From positions 806,001-870,000 of the forward strand of contig OZ316775.1 in the NCBI GenBank assembly GCA_973851085.1: a DNA stretch of 64,000 bases. Reading direction: 5' to 3'. This document shows positions 26,884-41,698 of this stretch, piece after piece. The notes under the pieces are model-generated. The model saw only the letters and a list, made by a program, of their open reading frames with translations. It had not been told where the DNA came from and did no database searches. Numbering within the stretch: the stretch's first letter is position 1; each line of letters begins with the position of its first letter. The position numbers were made by a program, and so were the translations under genes. Source of the DNA: Ptychomitrium polyphyllum (Eukaryota).

Positions 26884-29800
26884 CCTTCCTTCCTTCCTGA
26901 CGATGAGATGCGTTGTGATGCGATGCTCTGCCGCTGCGTTTCTTCCTGTTGAGAAAACTTTGGAATAAGAGCAAGCTTGTGCTGCGCAGGCATAAATCTA
27001 AGTTACACTGCCAGCTTATTGCAATGATGGGATTCTAGGGGAAGCATTCACAGAGAGCAACACTAAGCTCCGCACGAGAGAATTCCATCTACGAAGTTCT
27101 AGATTCCTTCAGCTAAATGTACATCAAGGGTAGATAGTGGTGGTTTTTGGGTATGTGTGGCTTTTGAAGGCTTGGTTTGGAGGAGAGAAGTGCAAATGAG
27201 GTTGAAGCTCCTGGGAGTGCTTTGACCGTTGGAAGTGGAGGTCTTGGAGTGTCAGTAACGAGCAGAGCTTTTATGGATCATAACGTTCTTCAGCAGATGA
27301 AGGAACTCACCCTCACCTTGGAAAGTGAGAAGTCTTCAACAAGTGTTAGTGGGAACACATGGAGGCATTATTCTAGTCGAATTTCAGTTGAATATTCCTT
27401 GTTAGAGAAGTTGTGCTAATCTTAAGGACGAATTGCCCCTTCAAATGATGAGGTAATTTAGTTAAAAGAGGGTGTTTAGAGCATTGAAGATATTATAAAA
27501 AGAAAAAATTTCAAAAATAAGTAAATAATGGACTTCATATGATGTATTTGTTTTGTAGGTATGTGATTTCTATTAGTTGGTGTTAAAAGAGGAATGGAAA
27601 AATGATTTTAAATAAAATAAAAGCGTTGCTATCAAAAGCTATTTTTAAAGCTAAAAGACTATAATTTTTTGTAATTTTCACAAAAAAGTACACTCATCTA
27701 ATATTTAGGCCATTATTAATAAATGGTGGAATTGTGAAATTTGAGTTCCAATCTATTGAATTGCTAGAATTTCAAATGTTCATTTAGGCAACTACTAGCG
27801 CCATTATTTTAAAGAATCTACTCAATTTAGCCAACCATGTTTAAAGCAAGAAAGTATATGTGGACATATGATTAGATCTTACAAAGTGATGGATGGTCCA
27901 ACTTTCTTTTCCTTGGCTATAATTTCTAACTAAAATCTCTTTGCACCATTGTGATTTAGTTTGATGATTTTGTCAATTTGGATAGTATGCTTTAAAAAAC
28001 TTCTTAGAATTAATTCTTTAAATAAGCATGTACTTATACTTACTATCAAAGTATGCTCATTTGTAAAATCAACTCAAAAATATATATTTTTAATTATTTT
28101 TAAGTCAATATTAAAAAAATGGGCTATAATTTGCATTCTACATAGTTTTTAAATGCATAGCAAAATGTAAACCAATCTTATATTTTTTTGCTTTCTTAGC
28201 AATGTTTATCTATTACAAATTTGAATTTTTTTATACAAATTTCATTTATAAATTTCAAAAAAGCTTTCATAAATTTCAAAGTAGTATTCACTAAATAACT
28301 TTTTGTGTATTTCATGTAAACCATATTCAAGTCGTAATTCCATTTTCTGATATTTATTTTAAAATTCTAACAACTTCTTATTACTAAAATATATTATTTA
28401 TTCATTTAAAAAAATTCAGTAGCTATTTTTAAGGAATTTTGATGAATATTGGATTTACTAAATTTTTACAAATCTCTTTTATTATTTAATTTTACGTAGG
28501 TTTTTCCATAAAAGTATTGGGATTAAAATAAAACATTTTATCTATGTCATGATTGAATTTATTTTATAATAAAATTTTTACCTTGAAAGTAAATATAAAA
28601 TAATTAAATCCTCATAGGTTTTTCTTGAAAGGATTAGAAAACTTAAAATTTTAAATTATCATCAATATTATAGATTAAAAAAGAATGATGCATAGAAATT
28701 TCAATTTTACAATCTTATAGTAGATTTATTATAGATGATGATAATTAAATTTAAAGTTATAGAACTTTAAAGATTGGAAGGTCAAAATTTAGTTCTAAAA
28801 TTTTAATGATGGTAGTTTTATGCTAAGATTCTAGTACTAAATACAATTACTTTTAAATTACAAAATTTTTTATGGCCATTTGAACAAAATATCAATACAA
28901 AATGATTACTAAGAAAAATGTCCATTTCCAAAAATGCTTCAAATTTCAAACAACAAAAGCCATTTAAAGGAAAAGTTTCTTGTGTTAAAATGGTTGCCAT
29001 CTTTTTAAAATAACTTTATAATACAAAAAAAGTTACAACTCTTTAATGTTTTAATCATTTATATTATCAAAATTGATATTAGACTCTTCAAGGCTACATG
29101 CCTTTTATAACAATTTTTTAATATTATAATGGTAATTTTTAAATACTATTATATACCTCCATTCGTTTTGTTTTATAAATTAGAATTTGCATTTATTAGA
29201 AGTATTCTTCAATAATATTAATCCAAGTATTTGACCCAATTGATCCATATCATTTATCATTTGGATTATTCTCATACCTTTCTTATAAATAGATTGTATA
29301 TATGTTTATAATATAAAATAGAAATAACTAAAATTATAAATAATTTATTATTGAAAATAAGAATATAATCATTGTTGAATTTGTAATAAACAAAATCAAA
29401 TAAAAATACATAGCAAACACAACCTCACATAAATTAAATTGTCTTTTATTGTACAAGGAAAGATTTTAGAATGCATGTATATAAAGAAACCAAAGGCCTT
29501 ACTGAATGAAGGCCTTACTACCACCATCATCAAGCAAATTTTATGAAAGGTTTATTTATTTTTAAATATATAGTCACATTAAAAATTTAATTTGGCAAAG
29601 AATGCCAAACTCAAAGAAACTTTCCACCTAATACTCACTTTAAATCCTAATTGGCATTAAAAAGACCAATTAATATGAAGTTTATACTAAATAGATGAAA
29701 ATTTCCAAAATTAAATTACATTACATCCATCCAATGTAGTTTGGCATGCAATGTCATGTCATGTACAAGAAGGTTATTAAAAACCATAAATTATAGCTTT

Positions 29801-32692
29801 GAAATGTAGAAATGTTGTGTAGCACTTAAATTTAAGTATAATAAAGCTTCTAATGTAAGTAGGACAATCAAATAGTAATAGATCATTTTATTTTTTGTAA
29901 AGAAGATGCAACTTGTTATAAACTTAGCAAAGGCTTGAAAAAAAAGACATTACACTTATTAAAGAAGATGGCTTCTTATTTTTAAATTTTACAATTTGCT
30001 AAAATTAGATGTGAATTTAACATTGAATAATCATTGAATATTATACTATTCTTTCATTTTTTTGAATGCTTTTGTGACCAAAATAGATGTGGAGGCTTTT
30101 GGAATTAAATTTACTAGAAAAAAATTGAAATCCATCTTTAAAAACATATACAATGGTTATTTGTGCACCTTTCTCCAATATAACGCTTTCTAACATTGGT
30201 TGATGTTTGCTTCTAGCATTGTTTTAGGTATACAAAAATAAAAGTTGAATTTGCTTAGAAATGAAATTTATTAGTAGAGCAATTTTTGTTGATTGGAAAG
30301 AATTCAAAAGAATATGTTGCTAGACTTTATTCCAAATGTATTGCAATGAATTTCATTTTATATTTCTTTTTAATTTGGATTAAAAAATAATCCAAAAATA
30401 AAAATCGAATTTTAAATTTCATTTATTCAATCATTATAACATCTAAAGAATCTATCAAAATGGCACAAATACATTAGGAAGCCAAGGATAAGAGAGCAAA
30501 AAAAAAAAGAATAAAATCAAATTGAGAAAGATAATATAAAGAATTCAAAGGCTACTAAGAGGGAAGAGAAGTTGAAATTGCAAAGGCCATCATTATATAC
30601 CTTTATTTCAACGATATATAGTGCTAATGCAACTTTACATCATTTTGATACCAATGTGCAATCTACATTGCCATTACATCTTTTGCATTGTCTTGATAGC
30701 TAAATGCTCCAAATTCCACCTCAATACCACACATCTAAAACAATCCAATCGTTACTAGATAATAGTAAGATAAGCATATCATTAAGCACAATCTAAAAAT
30801 AAATTAAATAAATTTGCTTAATGGTTGAACTTATGTCCATAAGGATTGTTTTGTTAACATGCTTTTTGTTTTGATTTTATCTGGAAGTAGGGCAAAAATG
30901 CGTAGATGAAATCAATTACACAAATTTTACATCTCTTTTCATCCACCATTAGAAAAGTTAGAGTGTAGCATTTAATGAAGACTTTATTGATTTTGTACAT
31001 AATCTACTTTAGTTTAATGTGCATAGAAATTATTTGATTCAAGCATTGTCATGTATAAAAAAAAATCATTACAATGTATAATTTAGAAATAGTCTAAAAA
31101 ATGGGATTTTACAACCTTTTCACTTTGAAAATGATAGGTATTCTATTATTGGGAATAGAAAAACATCATTCAACTTGCATACTTCATGGTTTCTTCTCCT
31201 CCATCTTGTAAAAGTATCTTCCACCTTAGGGCAACATTTCTAATGCACAGACCACCTTATTTTTATAGTTTCAAGTATTTCTACCTTGAAGGGAACAATT
31301 TCTTAATCCATGTACATTTTCAGAGAATCCATAGTTCTTAATCTTTTTAATTTGATATACTGAACAACCAAGGATCACTCCTACAACTTCAACCCGACGT
31401 GCTTGCTTCATTCAGGATATGAGTTGGTCTAGAATGGCTCAAATTTACCAACCAATTTTGCAACACAGAGCACTGAAGCTCCCAGTCATCGATGAGAATT
31501 AAAATCATGGAGGACAGATCAGGGAAAAAGTTCCCTGTCTAGATTGTGCGTTCTATCATTCCCCAATCGCTATGCTCAAAGATAGATTTTGTAAGCAACT
31601 CCTTCATATTATGCAATTTACAATGTGACTGTCATTTAGATCATTTCAAGTAGCAGATATGTTTATATGGAGACATGTGTTGCACTGCAGATATTGAAGT
31701 ACAAATTTGTAAGATCAGTTCAGATGAAATTCATTACATGTACTAGTAGCCAAGGATGAGGCTGAAGTACAACCAAGAGTCTATGTTTTGAACATCTGCT
31801 ACGTGTTCCAAGATGTGATGAGCACAGTTCTTGCTTTTCTTTGTCACGTACTACCATACTCACATACATTTGTTAGAGAATGTAGCGGAGCTGTATTTGA
31901 CTAGTATTGAAGTATCATATGCTAACATGTTTTAAATGTGCTACTTGAGCAGACTACAAGGTATACTCTCAAAGTTGTCAATGTGGAGACCGAACTCCAC
32001 TTGCACATCAAAGAAAGGAATTCTCTTGGCCAACATGTGAAGTATACATTCAAAAAATTCATTTCCTTCATGCTGTTGCTTGCTTAGCTGTGGCGACTCA
32101 GAGCATGACAAGTGAAAAATAGGAACACAGAACAGTCATCAATACAAATTACGGTACATTTGATATTAAAGACAAAGCAAAATTTGTATGTATGACGAAC
32201 GGTTAGCAGCCTGGTATCCCAGTGAACTATCCTAGTGGTTGAGATGCTTGGAACTACAAGCAGAGCGCCGATCAAGTGCATATTACACAGCTCACACACT
32301 ATGAGGCAAAGTAATGAGTTGGCTTGCCTGCACACACTAGCTGCTGGCTACATCGCTCTTCTCGACTATCTCAATTACAACAAGATTTCTATCGTAGAAA
32401 GGTACTGGCTCATATAGCAACTGCGATGAACTCGTACTCTGCTGGAAGCTAGACACATCGCGCACACTATGGATCCTGCTTCAGTATACCCCAAGTAGTG
32501 TGGTACAAGTAGAATGCTACAAAAATCTTGGGTATCAAAATGCTTAAAGCCTGTGCTCGGGTGGAGACTAGGATATGCTAGTACAGATGGAGTGACTCTA
32601 TCAAACCAAAGATGATGAATAATGCCTGAGGCATTATTTGTTGCCTGACACATTGAAACGTCGCAGACACTGGCTACCTCGAGGTTGCACAT

Positions 32693-33938
32693 TTACTGGT
32701 GAGAAGTTACCCAGATCATATCGTTTTGTACAGTCCAATGACAAGCTTCAGTGCCTCGAGGAATCTTGAGAGCGGCAAACGCAGGATGCTGGGAGGTCCA
32801 CATGGAAGTATCCAAATGGCATATTGCTACACCATGAATGATAGACCCATCACCAGCTGCGAGGGATGCTTGAACCACCTTCGTCCCAGTGACGTGGTGG
32901 CAGTAGTACAATTGAGAAGGGAACATCAAATTGTGGCATACAACAATCTTCTTTCCCTCATTAAGAGAGCGCTTGGAGAAGTCTACAACTGTTACTGGTT
33001 TCTTAATCACGGGTGCAGCTTCGGGAGCTCCGCTCGTTGCCAGCAGCTTGACTTCCTTTCCCAACTGAGAAGAAACAAACTCGGCCATGGCTTCAACTGA
33101 GGTTGGGCAAGCCCTTTCTTCTCCCGGAAGTGGAGGATTCTCGCACAAGTATGTGGCTGTGCCCATGATGGTAGCCATCTTTGTGTTCTCGCCAATGTTG
33201 AAAGTTTGTGTCAGCTTTGGCAAGTTGGATGTGGTAAGAGTGGGTAGGGTGTCAGCCACCTGCTTGGGAAGAAACGCTCTCCTTGGAATAGGATCATGAA
33301 GATTTTCGGCAAGGTTCATCGTTGCCCCCTTCACAAGATTATCCTCCAAGAAGAAATCGAATTGAAAGTCATTGATTGTTTTGATACCTAATGCGCGACT
33401 TGTGCCCTTCTGACCCAAGGTGCTGGCTTCACTGGTGTAAGGAGAGATGTCTACATTCTCCTCGCACATTAGCCCCGCATCTCTACAGAAAGAAGCTGTG
33501 GTAGCTGGAAAAATTGCACCACGAGTGACGGCAGTTGCGAAACGTGTCGCCATGACGCTTCCATCAACCGGCGAGACAGAACCACGAAGAGCATTGGGTA
33601 TAGCGACTGTGGGAAGAGTCTCTTCCCAGTGATTGATAGCAGGGGCATTTGAAACTTCTGTTTGTGCCACAACCACAACCTGCTACGGGGAAATACAACT
33701 TGTCAAAAATTATTCGGTTTATGGAGGTTGAGAAGTCTACTACAGCTTGACTATTTTGTCTATAATTATGATAAATGCAGGCATGATTGATATGATCAAG
33801 CCTTAAACACTGGATTGTCACAATTCACATACATCAAAGTAGCCAAGGATATACTCCAGGTAGAGAATGAGGAGATTTAAATCTTACCAAGAACACAAGC
33901 AAAGAGACGGTCACAACAGAAGTCCAGCAGCCTGCCAT
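32693..33938 (-). CDS. Secreted BURP-domain protein (RD22-like), ~345 aa, 2 exons
   Basis: Signal-peptide exon 33938-33888 (MAGCWTSVVTVSLLVFL) spliced in phase 0 to 33679-32693. The domain starts at FF (DFFLEDNL), includes GEERACPTSVEAM, and has the four CH motifs (VCHN, YCHH, ICHLDTSMW, ACHW) plus a terminal W. Confidence 0.95.
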
Positions 33939-35173
33939 AGCTGCTAAGCTGTTCAAGATACCTCGGTATCGGAACTGTTTCTAATCACTCCGCAATGCTT
34001 CCTTCTCTTCCGATTTCTAGAGAACCAAAGACGGGTGAAGATGGCTCAGTGGATGTCTGAGAGGGCACATTGGTCTCCTTTATACTTAAATTGGTGGTCC
34101 AGGAGATGGTACAAAGCTACGTTTAAGTTACCAGCTAAAAGTGGCCCAGTATCCATCGAGTATGTCATGCATGTCAGGTACAATTCCGATCATAAAATCC
34201 ATGCGCCAGTCGAATTGGCCCTGATGAGTCATATTTATTGCTGGGTCTCAGTTGGCATGCCAGTAGACCAGGAGCTCGGCTTCTTGAACCAGCATTAAGG
34301 GTTCTGCTTTTCACACATAGACAAGGCCGCAGGTGCTTCTGAGAAGACTATTTACCGATGGTCATCATTTCGTATAGACGTTGTGACAAAGGTGGCAGCG
34401 CCACGAATAGTCCAGCCAAATTCCTTCCCATGCTGATGAGTATGCCGCCTCGATGTCGTGGAGCCAAAATGGGGCCCCAGCAATATGTAATGATTATCTG
34501 TAGAATCATGCGTTTCAGACTGGATGCCGGTACAGTGAAATGGAATCGGACTAAGTAACAAAATAAGGCTAGGATAACATGTGGATGAATTTCTGCCATG
34601 GATTTGCGTTACCTCAGGAGGAACCTTTGAGTACTGCACTCTAGGGAGCCTCGAAAGCTTACGTGGATATCTTTTCATCCCTGGGAAGCAAGAAGGACTG
34701 CGCGTCGATGATCAAGACCATTCATGAATGTGAGTTCACGTTCTTTAGTACAAGAATGTAGTGAACCGATCTCTCAAGTACTGCTCCAAAAGATGATAGG
34801 ATAGAGAAATTTGTGTCTCGAACCAGCCCAGAATCCGGATTGAAGCCCCTTGAGAATGCGGACAATGAGGCAGTCCTTTTGGACATGTAAGTTACATGAT
34901 CCTGGACTACCTTACATAATCTCGTGTTTGCTGCGTACTTAACCGATCTCCTTCATTTTTATCTTCTTTCTCACTGTACCATCTTCTAATCACATTAAAC
35001 AGCCTCGGAGTTCTTTCTCAGAGTGATTTGATTGATTCTTAGCTGTGAAGCAAATTTCTGCTCTCAAGAAAATCCACTGAATCTCGGCCAGTCGCCATTC
35101 TCGTGATGTTTCACTTGAAAGAGGCTCTTACGTCATAACGTTCAATCCTGATTCGTAAAATGCACCCTGAACC

Positions 35174-35223
35174 TGCAGTCGTCATTGGGTTCCAGTTGCA
35201 GTCGTCATTGGGTTCCAGTTGCA
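35174..35223. repeat. Perfect 23 bp tandem duplication
   Basis: tgcagtcgtcattgggttccagt x2, followed by tgca. Confidence 0.9.
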
Positions 35224-38200
35224 CAGCCTTTAAGCTTTTCGGGGAATGAAACGGCATTCTGGGCTACCAGATTGTATGTCAGCCAAAAGCTCTTTCAGAG
35301 GAATTCTGTCAGAGACCACTTTAGAATAAACGTTCATCTACAAATTACAGTGACAGCTCAGCTTTAAGTTGAAAACGACGGCTGCAGATAATGATCAAGA
35401 GCGAACTTTTATTAATCAACTATCCAGGTAATTTATTTACAGTTCTCTTGCCAGCCAGATTCATAGGTTTTGTATGTAATGGTTTTAACTTTAGGTCTCA
35501 AAGTACTATTCGGTGACCTAAAACAGTCTAAAGGTGGATTCGAAAATTGAGAGTAAGGGCGTCAGCATTCAAATTATTATCAAGCGTAGTTGTTACGCAA
35601 AATGAAGGCTTGGCATTGATCAGACATGTGGGATTACATATACAGCACAGTAGCTCAATTTTCATGATCAGCATACTCAATGAGTTGATAGTAAACTTAT
35701 GAACTTCAGCTATCTCGTGCATGCAGAGCAGCGCGAGGCTTCTTGCTCAAAATGGCAGGTCCTAACCTCGGGAAGCCCTGCTGGGACCTAGGTTTGGATA
35801 GTTGATCTGGGCTTAAGATTTGAACGTGCAACTGTAAGCAACATGAAGATTTTCTTCGACTGACAAGTTTACTGGTTTTACGCAATCAGATGAGGATTCG
35901 TTCCCGTCAGGAATCCATTAAATACGCCAGGATGTTCTACTGAATCTGTCCTTTTAGCCTGTTTTCCCGGACCTTTAACATCATGCGCTTCTGAACTGTG
36001 AATTTTCTTTAAGAGCGGTATCTTACTGTTGTCAGGAAAAAGCAATTTGGAGTGTTCTGACCTGAGATGATTTCACGACCCCAGACTCACAGAGCTTCCT
36101 GCAGAAAGTTCCTAACTGCCTTCGTTTTTCTTCTGCCAAAAACTCCAGTCGACAAGCGTACGTACTTCGTATGGTACGTACATGCCGTGCTCAAGAATGA
36201 ATGCCATACAGTGTCAACCGCGCTGGGAACTTGATCTTCAGCTGAACTTCTGGGATACAGGAAGAATGTTTCATTACACTCGAATCTTCTGCCCGTTGCC
36301 CCCCTGTACACACAAGCTAAGATTCATGTTCTAAAAATCAAGCATCAGCAACCCATGTCTAATGATCAGTATCAAAATCGAAAGAAAATTGGAAACAGGA
36401 TCCGTAGCGTCGTTACGAAACCCAAAACTTGGTTACAGGTACCTGCCTGCCATACATGATAGTATGAAACCAAGTTCTTAATCAGATCCAGGAAGTGCTT
36501 AAGATATCATTTCGAGGCACATGGTAGGAATCCAGCCCAGACAATGCGCACAAATCTCACTTATATCTATGCTATATCCAGCTCGAATGATACTTCCCAG
36601 GCTCCTGGTAATGATCTTGTCGGCAGAAATGGTCCAGATGCCTCCCCTATATTACTGCAAATCGTGGTATGGACGAGACCCCTGAAGATACCACTTCTTG
36701 CCAATCGGATTCTGCAATGCCAAATCGGTGACGAAATATATCGAAACGGCAGACAAAAAACATGCATGCCTGTACTCCAATGCAAGAAGCTTTATTTTGG
36801 AAAAGTAAGTGGGGCCCAGCTTGTCTCAGAACGTGATCAGTCACTCTCTTTAGAAGAACTGTAAAGTACTTTATATCAGGATGCTTCATTCTTTGCTTGC
36901 AACCCTGTTGAGAGGCGGTAAATAACGCAGAAGAAAGTTTCCAGATTACCCACCCTACGTTGGGGTTGGGCTCAGCTTTGGTGAACTATTTATTCAAAAA
37001 TAATTAGAAATGGCATTCAGTAACAAATTTATGAAAATTTTGAGGGCAGGATGTTGAAAATGTTGGAAATTTCAAGAAATGGAATTACCTAGATTTTTTT
37101 TTAAAATTATACAAAACACGCTAAAACTAAAAAATATTGAAATTTAATTTTCAAAAATAAGATATTGAATGAAAAATAACCTTGAAATAACTTAATACTA
37201 TAGTTTATATATTTGAATGTGGAATGACAAGAAACAATGCAAAGTGACGAAATGTTATAACCAAAAAACTTGCAAAAACATCATAGAGGAATTGAAAAAA
37301 GTTTAAATGCATTCATATATGAACAATATGAGGTTTAATGGAAATACATAGAAATTTAAGATATTTTCTTTTTAAGTGTTTCTTACACACACAAATATAC
37401 ATTTTCCACAAGAATTTTTTTTAAATGTGTGTTTTGTTGCTTGTTTTATAATCCCGTTTAGAAGAAATTTAATAAACTTGAAGGTTCAATATCTTGCGTG
37501 CATACATTGCGCAACCAAAGATTAATTGCAATTTAGTTTAATTAAAGTCACTAAAGGTATTGAGAAGTTCAAGAGGGATATATGGAGCCTATTCGAAAAT
37601 GCAAATAATTGCGTGAAGTAATTTGTGAAGGCATGATTAGAGAAGGAAAGAGTACAAGTTGCAATAGAATATGCATCTGATTGCTCACATACTCAACTGA
37701 TCATGACATGTGTTTAAGCGACCTCATTGCTTTACACTTTGTGTAAAATTTGGAGTTTGAGGGATAAGAGGTTGAGTTGTTTTGCTGCACTGTATGCGTT
37801 TTAGTCGTCTCATGAAGCAATTGCGTTTGCAGTGACCGAATTGCTTGCTTCTGGTTGCTGGTTAAATACTGATTTTTGATTGCTTGTGATAGATTGTCTT
37901 TGCAAGGCAAGTGATCATGATTCATAACGGTTGGGTTTTAATGTTTGAATTTTGGTCAGCTGTGAGTTCTGTTGGTTATTTTCACAAACATGCAACGCTA
38001 ATAACTTCTTTTGCAAGTTAGGTGATTGGTATAATATGATCTTTGCCTAGACACATCTCGAAATTTTTTGGTCCTTCTTCCGTTTGCAGGTTTAGGCATT
38101 CATCAAACTCTTGTGCTCAGCCATTCAAGCACGTTGCTTATTTGTCTCAGGTCTTAGGTCACACATACCTTAATTTCATGGTTGCTGGTCGTTGTGACTG

Positions 38201-41200
38201 CGATTTGCTACTGATGTTCACAGATGATAATTTCAGGACGCTTTTTGTGCTTCAATTTGTGTGCGTGCTGTGAAGCTGCGGTGATTGGGTTGTGACGGAG
38301 TTGTATCCTGATGGAGCGATGAACTTGGTTCTTCTGTCGCCATCTGGACCCCTCTGAGCCAGCTGGACCAAATCAACCAGTTAATTCCGAAATTGCACTT
38401 TTACGCTGTGCAACCAAAACACTGTTGCACAATTATACACTGCAGGAAAGCACTTTGCTTATACCTATCAATCACTTCCAATGACAACAGAAACACTTCA
38501 GTGTGAGAAGCTCAGGATGTGTGAGATGCACTGAGATGTCAAGTACTTGCGACATATCCTTAGTACATCTCCTTGTTAGCAAATCTGATTTTTGATGTAT
38601 GTATGCAGTTGGAGCTAAGGACTGTGGTTAAGATCAGATGGAGTCGACCAAAATTCAGCCTCCAAAAGTATACATCTTATTTCAAACAGCAGCCAAACTT
38701 CAAGGTGCCACACTCTGACCCTGAAGTAAGTTGTAGTTTTTGGTACAGTCGACCCACCTTAAATGTGAGACCTTTTGAAGTAAAAAAATAAGTATTTAAA
38801 GAGGTATAACATATAACAAATAAAGAAGGTTAGTATTTTTTAAATCATATATATGTAAATAACATTAATCAAGGATAAAAGTTGCAAAATATAATAATTA
38901 TCATTAATAAAAGGAACAAATTAATTAACACGATAATTAAAAAAATTACTACATTAGTGATAATACTTACCAATAGTGCTTTGGTGAGTGTACTAAATAT
39001 GAAGTTTTGTTAAATCCTTTTCAATAGATTTTAGCTTGGAACTAAAATGATAGTTGTTATGGGATGTTGTTTAAGATAAGTATGAAGAAGCTAAAATGCT
39101 TTAGTTACAATTGAAAATTCAACTCGCGGAAGTGGTTGCATCAACTATGTCACTTCATTTTTCTCATCTTCAGCTTGCATTGCTCATTTGTATTGTCTAA
39201 ACAAAGAAGGAGCATTGATAGTTCTTTAGTATAATTTATACTAACAAAAAGAGACTACATAGAAAATCCTAAATTCTATTCTAAAATTTACTCATTTTCA
39301 TGAAATTGCACATACAAATGATTATTTATACATAGTACATATTAGTAGGAATATCATATATTAAAATATATAACAAAATAACATTTATCAAGGATTGATT
39401 TACAAAGGAGAGAATATAGATTCTCTTAAGTTATGTGACATTTAACACATAACATTTATAAGTATGTTTTTTTGAGAGTGCCAAAAAGATAACAATTAAG
39501 ACATTATAATGTTTAAAGAGGTAACATTTAAAAGGGTCAAGATATCTTGTACTACTTGGGAAACTAGTATCTAGGTCATTGGAGTGATACCCCAACCAAA
39601 AAGAATGCTAATTCTTTCAATGAAATGCAGAGTCTGACTTAAAAAGGTCTGGTTTGTGCAATTGTATTGTGAATTTGTGGTATGTAGTGCTGCAGTTTCC
39701 AGTGAACTCTCCTTTCCTGGTGTTTGAAAAGTGAATCCATATGTCTCCAGTATACATTTGAATCCAAAAGTACAAGGTAATAGACCTAAATTTAAGGCAA
39801 GTTGTAAAGGGAAACAAATGTGAAGGTCTTCAAGAATATCGATACCAGTGCAATGGTATATCTACTCTGAATTATTTTATAAATTCAACTGACATATGAC
39901 GTTGTTTTTGTGACTATTTGGAACGTGCTGCATAAAGGTACTCTATAAACCTTAACACATTATTCGAAATCACATTTGAGAGCCAGTCAGCCAGAACTTC
40001 TAAATGCTGCATGTAAAAAATCCATGAGCACAATGTATCGCCACAGATCAATGAAAACACAGGAAATATCATGAATGTTTTATGATACATATGGTAGGAG
40101 TTCATAAATAGAAGATTAATTACATACTGAACTCATTCAGACTGAGTAATCTTGGCGTCAAACTGAATTGGGACTGAATTAATACCTGAACCTGAACAGT
40201 ACTTAAGAGATTCTTAATTTGAGCATGGAGAGAATCAAAGTTATTGAACACAGACAGCGTAACCTTGACTTTACCAAGTTTTTGTGGAGAATTAGCCTGT
40301 ATAAAGTATGTTTTGTGCCGCAATTATGTTTACAAGCACATTTTGATTTTGACATTTCTGGATCCTTACGAACTGTTTGAGGGCATGGAGTGCCTGTAAG
40401 TGTAGCCACAACTGGACATCTTGGAAGCCAATAAATGTACCTCGGTATAAGTCACCGTGAAGGGAGTTTACCTGGCATTGTCGTGTCGACTTGGCAGATT
40501 GAAAAAGAGTTCTGAGTTATCTTTTCATCCCTTACGTTTCTTTACCTTCTAGTGCTCCAGATTCACACACAAAAACACCAGCTTGATATTCGGGAGTTGT
40601 GACTCTGCCTGCTAGTGACATCTAAATCACTGCACGCTATTCATAAGGGTAATTTTCCTGGCTACAAGTGCATGGAGGGAGCACAGTGAGTGGTCTAAAT
40701 TTGGAAGGAAAAAGAGGTGATTGGCCATGTAACTTTTTTGTTGTCAGATAAAAAGAACACTGATCTTCATATTCAATTTATGTCACTATAAAGTTTTAAG
40801 ATTCTAGAATGAGTCCTCAAGAATTTATTCCAGATCAATTAAAGAAAGTACCTTAAGTCAAAATGAAGTTTTTTCAGGGTGAACTAAAGAACTTTTCCTA
40901 AGTGATTTCAGAAAATTGTCTTATGGAAAGTACAAAGGTTCTCCAAAATAAATATGGAACTCATACTTTAATTTTACAATTTTTATGATTGTAATTTTAT
41001 AGAATCCCTAAATATGATTTAAAAGATTTAAGTCACTAAGATTGTCTACTTGTATGCCCATTTATCTTCCTTTGTTTATTTGCAAGGATGTTTGATAAGC
41101 CTTATGTTTATATAAAAACAAAGTATTCAAATATACTCAAATCTACTCAAAAGATATTCATGTACCTTCAAAATATACTTATAGAATTTGTTAACCATGT

Positions 41201-41556
41201 TTGTCCAATAAGACATATCCCTCCATCTTATCCTTAATTAATGGATTTCATCCCATAATCATGTACGTAGATGATTATATCACATACTCAAGATAATACC
41301 AAGAATGTACCAATTCAATCCATTAAAAAATTTAGACTTATATAATCTATTTGTAAGAGGATCTCCTATATAACCACCAAAATGCTTTAAATCTTCTTTT
41401 TGGTGAAAGATGATAATTTCTTATAAAAAGTGGGCTCTACTAAATAGTCATCACTTAAAAATAGTTCAATAGTTTGTTTACTTTGATGTCACAAGCAAGA
41501 GTTTTTCCACTTGCACTACAGATGTAGGTAATGCTCCAATTAAATTCAATCTAACA

Positions 41557-41610
41557 AAATCTAATGAAACCAATTCAATTGTTTTTGAAATCTAATGAAA
41601 CCAATTCAAT
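41557..41610. repeat. 23 bp direct repeat, period 31
   Basis: aaatctaatgaaaccaattcaat at 41557-41579 and 41588-41610. Confidence 0.85.
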
Positions 41611-41668
41611 AGTTTTGACCAAGGTGTGAATGAAATCTCAAACTTCTTTCAACAAAACAATCAGTTCC

Positions 41669-41698
41669 CACTTGCACTATGTCACTTGCACTATGTCA
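41669..41698. repeat. Perfect 14 bp tandem duplication
   Basis: cacttgcactatgt x2, followed by ca. Confidence 0.85.

Noticed and set aside
27480..31350. Very AT-rich tracts (also ~19000-21420 and ~56560-58900)
   Set aside because: Probably decayed TE or intergenic DNA, with no termini or coding remnants identifiable by eye.
34300..40750. Scattered 60-108 aa ORFs between the BURP gene and the palindrome
   Set aside because: No recognisable domains or consistent exon chain.
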